Shown here: positions 40,019 through 49,935 of the stretch, piece after piece
How the letters are laid out: every line of letters starts with the position of its first letter
Numbering within the stretch: position 1 is the stretch's first letter
DNA from: Nitrospinales bacterium
GTDB taxonomy: Bacteria; Nitrospinota; Nitrospinia; Nitrospinales; VA-1
Direction: 5' to 3'
DNA length: 64,000 nucleotides
Assembly: GCA_965262115.1 (NCBI GenBank)
Contig: OZ253496.1
Span: 352,001 to 416,000 of the forward strand
The notes under the pieces: model-generated
Told to the model about the DNA's origin: nothing
The model's input: only the letters and a program-made list of their open reading frames with translations
Databases searched by the model: none
Made by a program: the position numbers and the translations under genes

Positions 40019-40966
40019 ATGCTTAAAACCCTGACTCATACAATTCGGGATTGGTTTCAGGAACCAGACCTTGCGCCTGAGCCGGATAAAGACCTGTCCC
40101 CGGAATTATTGCAACGCATCAAAGCCATTCAGGTGAAGACCAATTATCTGGTCAATGACATCATGGCGGGGGAATATGTCTCTGCATTTAAAGGGCGGGG
40201 AATGGAGTTCAGCGAGGTGCGGGAATATCAGCCCGGTGACGATGTCCGGCTGATCGACTGGAACGTGACCGCCAGAATGAATCAACCCTTCATTAAAGAG
40301 TTCAAGGAAGAACGGGAGTTGACCCTCATGCTTCTGGTTGATGTGAGTTCTTCGGGCGGATTCGGCTCAGCCAAGAAACTTAAAAACGAAGTTTCTGCCG
40401 AGATTGCTTCTATTCTCGCTTTCGCCGCCATCAAAAACAACGACAAGATCGGACTGGTCGTGTTCTCGGACAAAATCGAGCGCACGATACCGCCCAAAAA
40501 AGGCAAAGCCCATATCTGGAATATCATACGAACCATTCTGAATTTCCAACCGGAAGGAAAAGGCACAAACCTCTGCCTGCCATTGGAATATCTTTTAAAT
40601 ATCCAGAAACGAAAAACCACCGCTTTTTTGATTTCTGATTTCCAGGATGACGACTATGAGACAACATTAAAACTGGCAAAACAAAAACATGATCTGGTCG
40701 CCATCAGCATCACCGATCCACGCGAGGAAACCATTCCTGATGTCGGCTTGATCCAGCTTGAAGATGCAGAGTCTGGAGAAACCTTGCTGGTGGATACCAG
40801 TGATCAAGAGATGACCGAGCAATACGCCAAACAGTTCCAGGAAAAAATGGGGAAACGAAAAAATTATTTTCATTCCATAGGTATCGACACCATCGAAATT
40901 CAGACAAACCGGTCTTTGACCGAACCCATCATCCGCTATTTTAAAATGCGAGAGAAGAAACATTAA
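40019..40966 (+). CDS. DUF58 (VWA-like) protein
   Basis: GRGMEFSEVREYQPGDDVRLIDWNVTAR. Confidence 0.93.
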   Translation: MLKTLTHTIRDWFQEPDLAPEPDKDLSPELLQRIKAIQVKTNYLVNDIMAGEYVSAFKGRGMEFSEVREYQPGDDVRLIDWNVTARMNQPFIKEFKEERELTLMLLVDVSSSGGFGSAKKLKNEVSAEIASILAFAAIKNNDKIGLVVFSDKIERTIPPKKGKAHIWNIIRTILNFQPEGKGTNLCLPLEYLLNIQKRKTTAFLISDFQDDDYETTLKLAKQKHDLVAISITDPREETIPDVGLIQLEDAESGETLLVDTSDQEMTEQYAKQFQEKMGKRKNYFHSIGIDTIEIQTNRSLTEPIIRYFKMREKKH

Positions 40967-41433
40967 TGACAAACCAAAATCCTGAAATAATCCCGACCGA
41001 AGGGGTCAGCAAAAAGCTAAAAGCCGTTGTCATAATTCTTACAGTAGCCACCCTTATTGCTTTTGTGGCGTTATTCACCAAGCTTGCAGACAAGCAGAGT
41101 GGCCCAACAAAAATCCGATCGACTATCCAAGAACCCGACCAGTATTTGAGCGAGGAGTATAAAGAGGTTGGAACACGCCTGATGAATTCCGGTTTGAAAG
41201 AACAGGCCATCGACCAGTTCATAAAAGTCTGGGAGATACAAAAAACCGGGAGCGTGGAAAGGGCAAAAGCCGCCCAGGCAGTCAGCGGTTTATATGCAGA
41301 CCTTGGAAATTGCCAGGAAGCCCTTATATGGCTGTTTCGGGCTGAGGTTTCGGATGAAGGCAAAACCCTGCCTTTGCAACCGCTCATCGACTCGTGCCTT
41401 GCAAAAGTCAGGAGTATTCATTCCGGCCGATGA
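40966..41433 (+). CDS. Membrane-anchored TPR-like hypothetical protein
   Basis: N-terminal TM segment, helical TPR-like repeats; coupled within the operon. Confidence 0.7.
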   Translation: MTNQNPEIIPTEGVSKKLKAVVIILTVATLIAFVALFTKLADKQSGPTKIRSTIQEPDQYLSEEYKEVGTRLMNSGLKEQAIDQFIKVWEIQKTGSVERAKAAQAVSGLYADLGNCQEALIWLFRAEVSDEGKTLPLQPLIDSCLAKVRSIHSGR

Positions 41434-42410
41434 TGAAAGCAACCATTCCGGTAAAATTTGCTGTAGGTTTTTTTCTCTTTCTAATTATTTTATTTTGCTT
41501 GGCCCCATTTTCCATCGCTGGGAAAATTTCAAACCCGGTTTCTGTCACCACCCGAATCACCCCCAGCACTTTCACTCTTGGCGATATCGCGACTTATACC
41601 ATTACCATCCAGCATGACCTGGACATCCACCCTGCCGCTCCCGATATTGAACCGCCAAAAGGTCTGGAGTTTATCGAAAAAGGGAAAAACCCGCCTCAAG
41701 AAATAAACGGACAAACCATCGATGAATACTGGTACAAATTTCGCATCGATGACGTTGGCAAATTGAGCCTCCCTTCCGTCCCGGTATCTTTTAACGCTCC
41801 AGACCAAAAGGAAGCGGGAAAAAATATTCAGGGGACCATTCTGGCCCCTGAAGTGAACCTTGAAGTGCAGTCTCTTCTAAACGTACTGGGAAGCCAGGAA
41901 GAGATTCACGATATCAAACCACTGGAGGACTATCCCCTACCCTGGATGAATTATTTTTGGATAGCTCTGGGAGCGCTCGCCCTTTTCGGATTGCTCTACT
42001 TCTTATGGCGCAAATGGAAGTCACGGCCCACCTCTTTGACCCTTCCTTCACCCACTTCAGCCTTGACGGCGGAACAGTTGGCTTTCAAAGAGCTTGAGGA
42101 ACTCAAAAATAAGGGATGGCTTCAGCTTGGACGGATTCAAGATCATTTTTTTGAGTTGTCTGAAATTTTTCGCAGGTATCTGGAAAACCGTTACCAATTT
42201 CCAGCGCGGGAATGGACCACGGAAGAAATCACGGCGCATTTTAAACATTTTCCCAGCCTCAGCGAAAACCTGAGGCTTCAGGCGCGATCCATCCTGACTC
42301 AAACAGACCGTGTCAAGTTTGCCAAGGTGGAACAAACGGAAGATGAGATGCAACCCATCATCAACTTTATCCGAGAGGCCCGACCCCCTGAAGCAGTAAA
42401 CCAACCATGA
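41430..42410 (+). CDS. Bat-operon membrane protein (BatD-like/DUF4381-like)
   Basis: Signal, Ig-like region, IHDIKP followed by a TM segment, RRYLE...TTEE...DRVKFAK. Confidence 0.75.
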   Translation: MMKATIPVKFAVGFFLFLIILFCLAPFSIAGKISNPVSVTTRITPSTFTLGDIATYTITIQHDLDIHPAAPDIEPPKGLEFIEKGKNPPQEINGQTIDEYWYKFRIDDVGKLSLPSVPVSFNAPDQKEAGKNIQGTILAPEVNLEVQSLLNVLGSQEEIHDIKPLEDYPLPWMNYFWIALGALALFGLLYFLWRKWKSRPTSLTLPSPTSALTAEQLAFKELEELKNKGWLQLGRIQDHFFELSEIFRRYLENRYQFPAREWTTEEITAHFKHFPSLSENLRLQARSILTQTDRVKFAKVEQTEDEMQPIINFIREARPPEAVNQP

Positions 42411-43405
42411 TTTTTTTCCAGTTTCAAAATCCCTGGCTATTGCTATTCCTGTTGGCACTGCCCCTGCTTGCCTTTCAAGTGAGCAAAGGCCAGCGGACAA
42501 CCGTGCATTTTTCATCCCTCGCTACTCTCAAAGCCCTGCATACAGATCGGGTCGATCTGTATGCAGGGCTACCGTTTATAATCCGTTTTTTAGCGTTGGC
42601 ACTTTTGATCATCGCCCTGGCCCGGCCACAAGAAGGACACAAGAGCACGGAAATTCTTTCAGTCGGGGTCGATATCATGCTGGCCTTGGACACCTCTGGA
42701 AGCATGTGGGCACTGGACTTCATAGAAGAAGAAAATCGCATCACCCGGCTCGCTGTGGTGAAAGGAGTGGTCTCCGAATTCATCGACAACCGGCCCAACG
42801 ACCGCATAGGCATGGTGGTGTTTGGCGAGCAGGCCTACACGCAATGCCCGTTGACCCTCGATCAAGGCATCCTGCAATCATTTTTAAGCAAGCTGGAAAT
42901 TGGCATGGCCGGAGACTCGACAGCCATTGGCTCAGCTATTGGTATCGCCGTGAAGCGGCTCAAGGATCTGGACTCCGAATCCAAAGTCATCATTCTATTG
43001 ACCGATGGCAGGAACAATGCCGGAACGCTGGCCCCGCTCCAAGCCGCCCAGACGGCCAAGACCTTCGGGATAAAAATTCACACCATTGGTGTCGGCACTA
43101 AAGGCAAGGCACCCTTTTTAGTCAACTCTATTTTTGGCCAACGCTATGTCTATCAGGAAGTGGATATCGATGAAACAACACTTCAGGAAATATCAAAAAT
43201 TACCGGCGGCCAATATTTCCGAGCCACCGATCTGGAGTCCCTTAAAAATATTTATAAGCAGATTGATGAAATGGAAAAGTCAGAAGTCAAAGTGATCGAC
43301 CATTCGGAGTACAAGGAGCTGCTCCACTATTTTCTGGTGCCGGGACTGGCGCTGCTTTTAATGGAAATCGGTCTTTCCAATACCCTTTTACGAAGGATCC
43401 CCTAA
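42407..43405 (+). CDS. batA: VWA domain protein BatA
   Basis: ALARPQ, DTSGSM, TAIGSAI, LLTDGRNN. Confidence 0.9.
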   Translation: MIFFQFQNPWLLLFLLALPLLAFQVSKGQRTTVHFSSLATLKALHTDRVDLYAGLPFIIRFLALALLIIALARPQEGHKSTEILSVGVDIMLALDTSGSMWALDFIEEENRITRLAVVKGVVSEFIDNRPNDRIGMVVFGEQAYTQCPLTLDQGILQSFLSKLEIGMAGDSTAIGSAIGIAVKRLKDLDSESKVIILLTDGRNNAGTLAPLQAAQTAKTFGIKIHTIGVGTKGKAPFLVNSIFGQRYVYQEVDIDETTLQEISKITGGQYFRATDLESLKNIYKQIDEMEKSEVKVIDHSEYKELLHYFLVPGLALLLMEIGLSNTLLRRIP

Positions 43406-43408
43406 ATC

Positions 43409-44416
43409 ATGCGATTTGGCGAGCCCGGTTATTTTTATTTATTGTGGAGCCTGATCCCGTTGATCTTTTTCATGGCATGGGGCATGAAAAAGAAACACCA
43501 ACTCACGCTGAAATTTTGCGGCAATCCTTTACTATCGAAGTTGGTCCATCCCGGAGTGGAAAAACGGCATCACAGCAAAACCGTTTTCATCGTTCTGGCT
43601 ATCCTTTTTCTTATGCTTTCCCTGACTCAACCACGCTGGGGTTATCACTGGGAAGACCTGCACCAACGCGGGGTCGATGTCATCGTCGCGCTGGATGTTT
43701 CAAGCAGCATGCTGGCGGAAGATATTAAACCCAATCGCCTTGAGAGGGCCAAACGAAAAATCTCCGATCTTCTGGATATGATGGAGGGAGATCGAATCGG
43801 GCTGGTTGCCTTTGCCGGTACTTCATTCGTCCAGTGTCCCCTGACTCTCGACTATGGTGCCGCCAGAATATTTCTTTCCGCCATTGATACGCAATTGATT
43901 CCCGTACAGGGAACTGACCTAGGAAATGCCATCAAGACTTCCGTCAAAGCGTTTCGCACTCAGGAGAAAAAATCCAAGGCCCTGATCTTAATCACTGACG
44001 GAGAGGATCAAACAGGAAAGGCTCTCTCAGCCGCAAAGTCGGCAGGCGATCAGGGCGTTAAAATTTATACGATCGGAATCGGCGGGGAATTAGGTGCCCC
44101 CCTGCCTGACCTTTCCGGCAATGGTGGATTCAGAAAAAATCAACAGGGAGAAGTCATTCTCTCAAAACTGGACGAGACCACATTGCAGCAGATTGCCCTA
44201 GAGACAGGCGGAAGCTATGTCCGCTCCGTCACCGGAGACATTGACTTAAAAACCATTTATCAAGACCAGATCAAAAAGCATATCGAGAAAAAAGAATTGA
44301 AATCAGAGCGTCGCAAAATCTGGCAGGAGCGGTTCCAGTGGTTCATTTTTATAGCACTCATTTTCCTGGTCATAGAAACCAGTTTATCTGAAAGAAAGCC
44401 CTTGAAAAATTCATAA
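43409..44416 (+). CDS. batB: VWA domain protein BatB
   Basis: DVSSSMLAEDIKPNRL, LITDGED. Confidence 0.9.
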   Translation: MRFGEPGYFYLLWSLIPLIFFMAWGMKKKHQLTLKFCGNPLLSKLVHPGVEKRHHSKTVFIVLAILFLMLSLTQPRWGYHWEDLHQRGVDVIVALDVSSSMLAEDIKPNRLERAKRKISDLLDMMEGDRIGLVAFAGTSFVQCPLTLDYGAARIFLSAIDTQLIPVQGTDLGNAIKTSVKAFRTQEKKSKALILITDGEDQTGKALSAAKSAGDQGVKIYTIGIGGELGAPLPDLSGNGGFRKNQQGEVILSKLDETTLQQIALETGGSYVRSVTGDIDLKTIYQDQIKKHIEKKELKSERRKIWQERFQWFIFIALIFLVIETSLSERKPLKNS

Positions 44417-44509
44417 AATTAGCCTGCACTCCCCTGCCAGATTTGGTAAAATATCACTAAGCGGCCCCTTAACAGGAGACCTTTGCGTAAGTCGATAAAG
44501 CAGAAAAGC

Positions 44510-44624
44510 GAGATGCTTCGACATACCCCTCCGGGGCAAGAAGGCAAAGGTCGAGTATCACTAGCTCAGCATGACAATAAAAGGCTGTTTTGTCATTCTG
44601 AGGAACAACGTGACGAAGAATCTC
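44510..44624. repeat. REP-like GAGATGCTTCGACA..AGCTCAGCATGACA / TGTCATTCTGAG..GAAGAATCTC inverted pair inside the MITE
   Basis: Arms at 44510-44576 (interrupted by element B) and 44591-44624 are partially complementary. Confidence 0.65.
44524..44562 (-). mobile_element. Micro-element B copy 5 (39 bp, diverged)
   Basis: Reverse complement AGTGATACTCGACCTTTGCCTTCTTGCCCCGGAGGGGTA; removal gives GAGATGCTTCGACAAGCTCAGCATGACA. Confidence 0.65.
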
Positions 44625-44660
44625 GGGGTTATGCAAAGGTTTCCCTTAACAGGGAAGGCC

Positions 44661-44718
44661 ACTGGGCAAGTGATCATTGCGCCGAGAAAACTTTTTTCTT
44701 GCCAAATAACGCTATTGC
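44661..44718 (+). repeat. Repeat family A copy 5
   Basis: ACTGGGCAAGTGATCATTGCGCCGAGAAAAC...CTATTGC. Confidence 0.75.
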
Positions 44719-44730
44719 ACACTGGCAGCA

Positions 44731-44770
44731 TGTTATGACCCCTCATTAGTCTTCATGCCCCGAAGGGGTA
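44731..44770 (+). mobile_element. Micro-element B copy 6 (40 bp)
   Basis: Identical to copy 4 except for one A. Confidence 0.75.
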
Positions 44771-44863
44771 CGCCGAGTGGCTTGACAAACTGAGTTCGCG
44801 ATTTTATTTGATACAGAAGCCGACATAAATTGCTACGTTTAAACATACGAAAGGAAAAAAATA

Positions 44864-45565
44864 ATGGAAAGTTTTTCTAGACCCATGAGCGTGGATGCCA
44901 TTGCCGCAGAACAACAGCGGTTCATGGTGCGTGTCTATAACTGGATGACTGCCGGACTGGCCATAACCGGTTTCATGGCTTTTTATATTTCCAGCAGCCC
45001 GGCAATAATGAATATCATTTTCGGCAATGCCATTATACCGATTGTCCTCATCATTGCACAGATAGGACTTGTTTTCTGGCTGGCGTCAAGAGTCATGCAA
45101 ATGAGTGCAAGCCAGGCGACCGGTGTTTTCATGCTCTATGCGGGCCTGACGGGTATTACTTTTTCCGCAATATTCGCGGTTTATACAGCGTCATCCATTA
45201 CCTCCACATTTTTGGTCACAGCGGGCACCTTTGGCGCCATGAGCCTGTACGGTTATACGACCAAAAAGGACCTGACTTCTTGGGGAAGTTTTCTCTTTAT
45301 GGGATTGATCGGAATCATCATTGCTTCGGTGGTGAATATGTTCATGCAAAGCTCCATGATGCACACAATCATCACCTATGCCGGAGTGCTGATCTTTGTC
45401 GGGCTGACTGCCTATGACACACAGAAGATCAAAGAGATGAATATTCTCGGCAATGAAGGCACCGATGAAGACACAAAAGAAGCCATCTCAGGGGCATTAA
45501 CTCTATATTTAGACTTCATCAACCTGTTCCTCATGCTCCTCAGGCTTATGGGAGACCGAAGGTAA
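44864..45565 (+). CDS. Bax inhibitor-1/YccA family membrane protein
   Basis: FMVRVYNWM, YGYTTKKDL, AYDTQKIK, GALTLYLDFINLF. Confidence 0.93.
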   Translation: MESFSRPMSVDAIAAEQQRFMVRVYNWMTAGLAITGFMAFYISSSPAIMNIIFGNAIIPIVLIIAQIGLVFWLASRVMQMSASQATGVFMLYAGLTGITFSAIFAVYTASSITSTFLVTAGTFGAMSLYGYTTKKDLTSWGSFLFMGLIGIIIASVVNMFMQSSMMHTIITYAGVLIFVGLTAYDTQKIKEMNILGNEGTDEDTKEAISGALTLYLDFINLFLMLLRLMGDRR

Positions 45566-45637
45566 GCCTATTATTTCAACTTGAAAAACTCCCGGCTCCC
45601 TCGGGCCGGGAGCATCTATTCTCCAGTTTCTAAAATT

Positions 45638-46396
45638 ATGGTTTGGAATCTTCCGACCAAAAACTTTATCCCTGCCGTCTTTTTTCTTGCCCTCGCTCTA
45701 CCTGCGATCGGTTTCGCCGAATCGGTCAATTCAAAAATGCGGGAAGGTATTTCCCAATATCACGAAGGGGCGTTTAAGGAATCCGTTGAGAATTTCTCTT
45801 CGGCCCACGCCGGTCGCCCGGAAGATTCGCGCATCGCCTATAACCTTGGCAACGCGCATTATAAGGAAGGAAAATTTGAGGAAGCGCTTCAGGCCTACAC
45901 CCAATCTACTTTAGACGAAAAGAATCCGGACATCAGGAAAAATTCGATCTACAACACCGGCAACACCATGGCAAATCTGGGGAAACTGGAAGAAGCCGAA
46001 TCGGCTTATAAAAAAGTTCTGGCGCTTGATCCCACCGATATGGATGCCAAGTACAATTTAGAATACGTCCGCCAGCAATTAAAAGATAAAGAAAATCAAA
46101 AACAGGATTCCAGGCAAGACCCGCAGGAAGGCGACCCCTCTGAAAAAGAGCAGACCGAAAACCAGCAACCAAAAAATGAAAACGACCAACAGGAAAGGGA
46201 TCACCTTCCCCCACCTAACAATGCCGATTCTGAAAACCAGGAAAATTCTGGCCCGCCCGGGGAGCCCACAATGGAAGCAGAACTTTCTAAAGACGAAGCC
46301 GAACGGATGTTGGAAGGACTCACCGAAGATTTAAAAAGTATCAGCCGCATGCAGGCCGGAAAAACGAAGTCCAAATATCAGGGAAACGACTGGTAA
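45638..46396 (+). CDS. batC: TPR protein BatC-like
   Basis: Signal peptide, YNLGNAHY and YNTGN TPRs, Q/E-rich linker, terminal DW. Confidence 0.8.
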   Translation: MVWNLPTKNFIPAVFFLALALPAIGFAESVNSKMREGISQYHEGAFKESVENFSSAHAGRPEDSRIAYNLGNAHYKEGKFEEALQAYTQSTLDEKNPDIRKNSIYNTGNTMANLGKLEEAESAYKKVLALDPTDMDAKYNLEYVRQQLKDKENQKQDSRQDPQEGDPSEKEQTENQQPKNENDQQERDHLPPPNNADSENQENSGPPGEPTMEAELSKDEAERMLEGLTEDLKSISRMQAGKTKSKYQGNDW

Positions 46397-46398
46397 AA

Positions 46399-48201
46399 AT
46401 GAAAATGTGCACGTTCAGAAAAGTCGTGTTGCTCTCGCTTTTCCTGATCCCCATGCTCAGCACCGTGAGCTTTGGACAGAATATTTCCGTCACGGCAACG
46501 GTCGACAAGAACCGTTTGACGTTAGAAGACGTCCTGCAACTTTCCATTGTCATTCAGGGAACCCAGAACACGCCCCCTCCCGAACTGCCGTCTTTGCCGG
46601 ATTTCAGAATTACTTCGGCAGGCACATCTTCCTCCACCCAGTACATCAATACCCAGCGAAGTGTTTCCATCACCTATAAATACCGGCTGACTCCTATGAA
46701 CACCGGGACTATCGTTATCGGTTCGGCACGGGTGCGGGCAAATGGAAAAACTTATTCCACCCAACCCATAACGATTGAAGTGCTAAAACCGTCCAAGGGT
46801 CAATTTGCTGAAAGCAAAGCCGCGTTTGCTGAAGCCACTCTGTCGAGCAAGAAAGTCTATATAGGAGAGCAACTGGTCTATACCTTCCGGTTATTTCATC
46901 GTGTTGAAGCCAAAAATCTGGATTTAAAACTGCCTTTTGATAAAACCTGGTTCAACAAAGAAGAACTTGGAGAACCCAAATCATATTTAAAAGTCGTGAA
47001 TGGACTTCAGTATCATGTGCAAGAGCTATCCATAACCCTCTTCCCCCTAAAAAAGGGAAGACTCGAAATTCCAGCCGCCACTGTCGAACTGGATCTTTTG
47101 CATAAGGCACAAAGTCGTTCCCGCCAGGACCCCTTCAGCCATTTTTTTAATGATCCATTTTTTGGCCGACGTACCCAGGTCGAGCATAAGGTTCTGCGAT
47201 CGCAACCTGTTTCGATTGAGGTTCTACCTCTGCCTGATGGAGCACCAAATGGATTTAAAAATTTAATCGGACAATTTAGGATTTCAGCAGAACTTGGGAA
47301 AAGAGACCTTGAAGTCGGGGACACCACCACTCTGACGGTGACCGTTTCGGGAAAAGGAAATGTCCGGGGTATATCCTTTGAGGAACCGGATTTAAAAAAA
47401 TATTTCAAAATTTATCCGGACAAACCCGAATTCAGCCAAACCGTTCTGAACAACCAGATCAGGGGAGAAAAGGTTTTTAAATTTGCTCTGGTGCCTCTTA
47501 AGGCAGGAAGCAGAACCCTGCCAAAATTTTTCCTGGCCTATTTTGATTCAGCAAACGCCCAATACCGTATCACCGAAACCCGGCCTATTTCTTTAACCAT
47601 AAGACCCTCTTCCATAAAAGAAGAACTCAATCTGGTTCAGTCCGGACAACAAAACCTGCCGTTGAACAAACCTGAAATTGAAACTCTTGGTACAGATATC
47701 TTGCCCATCTACACCGAACTGGATAAATTTCAAAATAGCGGTTCTTACTCTTCCGCATTCATTGGAGCCGGTTTTGGGTCGCCGGTGATTCTTTTCATCA
47801 TTTCAGCGTTCTTGATAAAACGACAGAATCGGATGAAGTATGACATGGCTTTTTACCGGCGTCGCAATGCCTATAAAAACGCCAGCCAACGCTTAAAACA
47901 AATGTCGAAACTTTCCGACCTTTCCGATTCTTCCGCCCCCAAAGAGTTTGGCAGGGAGTTATCAGAAATTTTACGTGAATACATCGGAGACAAACTGAAT
48001 CTGCAGGGCAAAGCCATCACTGCCGAAGAAGTGGAGATTCGCCTGAAAGAATCGAATTACGAACCTGGGCAAGCCGAAGGCGCGCGAAAACTTCTTGAAA
48101 AATGTGAGACCCTACAATATGCCCCCATGACCCGTGGCAGCACAAAGGAACTACTCGGCGAATCTGAAAATATCCTCAAAGTGTTGGAGAAGCAATCATG
48201 A
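46399..48201 (+). CDS. batD: BatD family protein
   Basis: Signal peptide, Ig-like BatD repeats, IGQFRISA, C-terminal TM segment. Confidence 0.85.
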   Translation: MKMCTFRKVVLLSLFLIPMLSTVSFGQNISVTATVDKNRLTLEDVLQLSIVIQGTQNTPPPELPSLPDFRITSAGTSSSTQYINTQRSVSITYKYRLTPMNTGTIVIGSARVRANGKTYSTQPITIEVLKPSKGQFAESKAAFAEATLSSKKVYIGEQLVYTFRLFHRVEAKNLDLKLPFDKTWFNKEELGEPKSYLKVVNGLQYHVQELSITLFPLKKGRLEIPAATVELDLLHKAQSRSRQDPFSHFFNDPFFGRRTQVEHKVLRSQPVSIEVLPLPDGAPNGFKNLIGQFRISAELGKRDLEVGDTTTLTVTVSGKGNVRGISFEEPDLKKYFKIYPDKPEFSQTVLNNQIRGEKVFKFALVPLKAGSRTLPKFFLAYFDSANAQYRITETRPISLTIRPSSIKEELNLVQSGQQNLPLNKPEIETLGTDILPIYTELDKFQNSGSYSSAFIGAGFGSPVILFIISAFLIKRQNRMKYDMAFYRRRNAYKNASQRLKQMSKLSDLSDSSAPKEFGRELSEILREYIGDKLNLQGKAITAEEVEIRLKESNYEPGQAEGARKLLEKCETLQYAPMTRGSTKELLGESENILKVLEKQS

Positions 48202-48941
48202 AACACGCTTTAGCGCTCTTTTTATTTCTTGTGCTGACGCTCTCTACCAGCCGGCCGACAGAAGCCTCTAACTATTTAAATGAGGTCATTCGCGCCAACG
48301 GCTTGTACGCTGAAAAACATTATGCCGGGTCTGCACAGGCTTATGAGTCTTTAATCGACAAAGGAGTGCAGAACGGATATCTGTATTACAACCTGGGCAA
48401 TGCCTATATCAGGATGGGAAAAACAGGGTCCGCTGTTTTAAATTATGTCCGTGCCCGAAAATGGATTCCGCGCGATGAGAATCTGGAAGCCAATTTAAAA
48501 TTTGCCATTCAACAAACCCGGGACAAAATAGAGCTCCCGCCTCTTGGAACGCTGAATGTCCTGCTGTTCTGGGTCAACGATTTAAATTTTAACGAACTGA
48601 TGGTTTTCACCATTGGCTTGAATTTAATTTTCTGGGTCAACCTGGCGCTGTGGATGTATTTTCCTTCCCTGAAAGTCGTTCACAACGCCCTTCTAGGTTT
48701 TCTTTTACTGTCATTTGTTTCAATTGGAGTTAAAATTAACAATGAATCCGATTTAAAACTGGGAGTGGTTCTGACTGAAAATGTCGAAGTGAAGTCCGGG
48801 CGCGCTGGAGATGCGGTGACTCTATTCCAGTTACACGAAGGCGCCCTGGTTACCGTCACCGGTAAAAGGGACAACTGGCTGGAAGTTCGCCTCAACGAGG
48901 AGCAAAAAGGCTGGGTTCCACAAAACTCCCTGGGAACCTGA
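48198..48941 (+). CDS. batE: TPR + SH3 protein BatE-like
   Basis: YYNLGNAY TPR, two TM segments, LFQLHEG...KGWV SH3b. Confidence 0.85.
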   Translation: MKHALALFLFLVLTLSTSRPTEASNYLNEVIRANGLYAEKHYAGSAQAYESLIDKGVQNGYLYYNLGNAYIRMGKTGSAVLNYVRARKWIPRDENLEANLKFAIQQTRDKIELPPLGTLNVLLFWVNDLNFNELMVFTIGLNLIFWVNLALWMYFPSLKVVHNALLGFLLLSFVSIGVKINNESDLKLGVVLTENVEVKSGRAGDAVTLFQLHEGALVTVTGKRDNWLEVRLNEEQKGWVPQNSLGT

Positions 48942-48953
48942 ACCCACGACATT

Positions 48954-49208
48954 CCGAGCAGTGAGCATGATAATCGCAAGGTCTCGGGTCTTATCATCTG
49001 ATCGGAGGGCTTTACAAACATCCATTCCATTCATCCGCAACATGTTCACGTCCGGAATGACCAGGTCCGGCAAACTGTCCCGTATTTTTTCGAGGGCCAC
49101 CTCACCATCAGGAGCAGTATCTATCTGGTAGCCTTCTTTGCGGAGTTTTAATTCCAACGCCGCTAAAAGTTCCTCATAATCATCGACTAAAAGGATTTGG
49201 TGAGCCAT
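48954..49208 (-). pseudogene. Truncated response-regulator receiver domain
   Basis: ILLVDD...DLVIPDVNMLRMNG...IIMLTAR, after which homology stops (no conserved KP) and the frame runs antisense into batE. Confidence 0.7.
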
Positions 49209-49221
49209 CTTTTTTCCTGAT

Positions 49222-49935
49222 TTAAAAAGTCGAACCGTTTTCACTAGTAGTCGGCATGGTTCGACATGGGTTCCTTTTGCTATCTGTTAAATTTTCCGAC
49301 CGGAAAAATTCCATGCAGTCCGCGACAATCCAATCAATGCATGACAAAAGGCCATGGTCAGAATCCAGCTCTTTTAATTGACACCAGGGCCGCGATCTGG
49401 CGAAATCTCTGGATTCCTGAATACTAACTGTTTCATCATGAAGTCCATGGATCAAACGGGTAGGAATATTGCGGTTTAACGGCAAAGAATCCCAGTTCAT
49501 TGCGTCTCGAAATAAATCGGTCTTTAGATTTACCTCGGCATTGTAACTATAATGAAATACCCGGATCAAGTCTTGAATCGAATTAAGGTGGTTCTTATCC
49601 CAGCCCATGTTTTCCATCCAGCGATTGAGGAAATTGAAACCAGGGGCCATCAGGTATAGGGCTTTAATTTCTTTTCGGGTTTCTGCAATCAGTGCCGCGA
49701 TATAGGCCCCCATGCTACTCCCTATCAGAGCAAAGCGTGTGCCGGGTTTTCCATCAATAATACCTTGTACCAGTGAAACCTGTTTGGTCAGGGTCAGGTT
49801 TTCAAAATCGCTCTGTTGCAGGTCTGGAATCGTCAGGGGAAGCCGGGCTTTCTCGAAACGATCTTTGAACACACAGGCCTTTTGAGAACCCGGTCCCGAT
49901 GCAAATCCGTGCAGGTAAATGAATTCTGTCATCAC
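49222..49935 (-). CDS. YqiA/YcfP-family alpha/beta hydrolase
   Basis: YLHGFASGP, GSSMG, HGLHDE, SDH. Confidence 0.9.
   Translation of the reverse strand: MMTEFIYLHGFASGPGSQKACVFKDRFEKARLPLTIPDLQQSDFENLTLTKQVSLVQGIIDGKPGTRFALIGSSMGAYIAALIAETRKEIKALYLMAPGFNFLNRWMENMGWDKNHLNSIQDLIRVFHYSYNAEVNLKTDLFRDAMNWDSLPLNRNIPTRLIHGLHDETVSIQESRDFARSRPWCQLKELDSDHGLLSCIDWIVADCMEFFRSENLTDSKRNPCRTMPTTSENGSTF

Larger units (their letters stand above)
44476..44643. mobile_element. MITE family M copy 1 (168 bp) with 9-bp TSD
   Basis: Ends GAGACCTTTGCGTAA and TTATGCAAAGGTTTC; CCTTAACAG duplicated at 44467-44475 and 44644-44652. Confidence 0.85.

Noticed and set aside
44483..44749. 88-aa and 61-aa ORFs in the batB-yccA spacer
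   Set aside because: Made entirely of the nested repeats M, B and A
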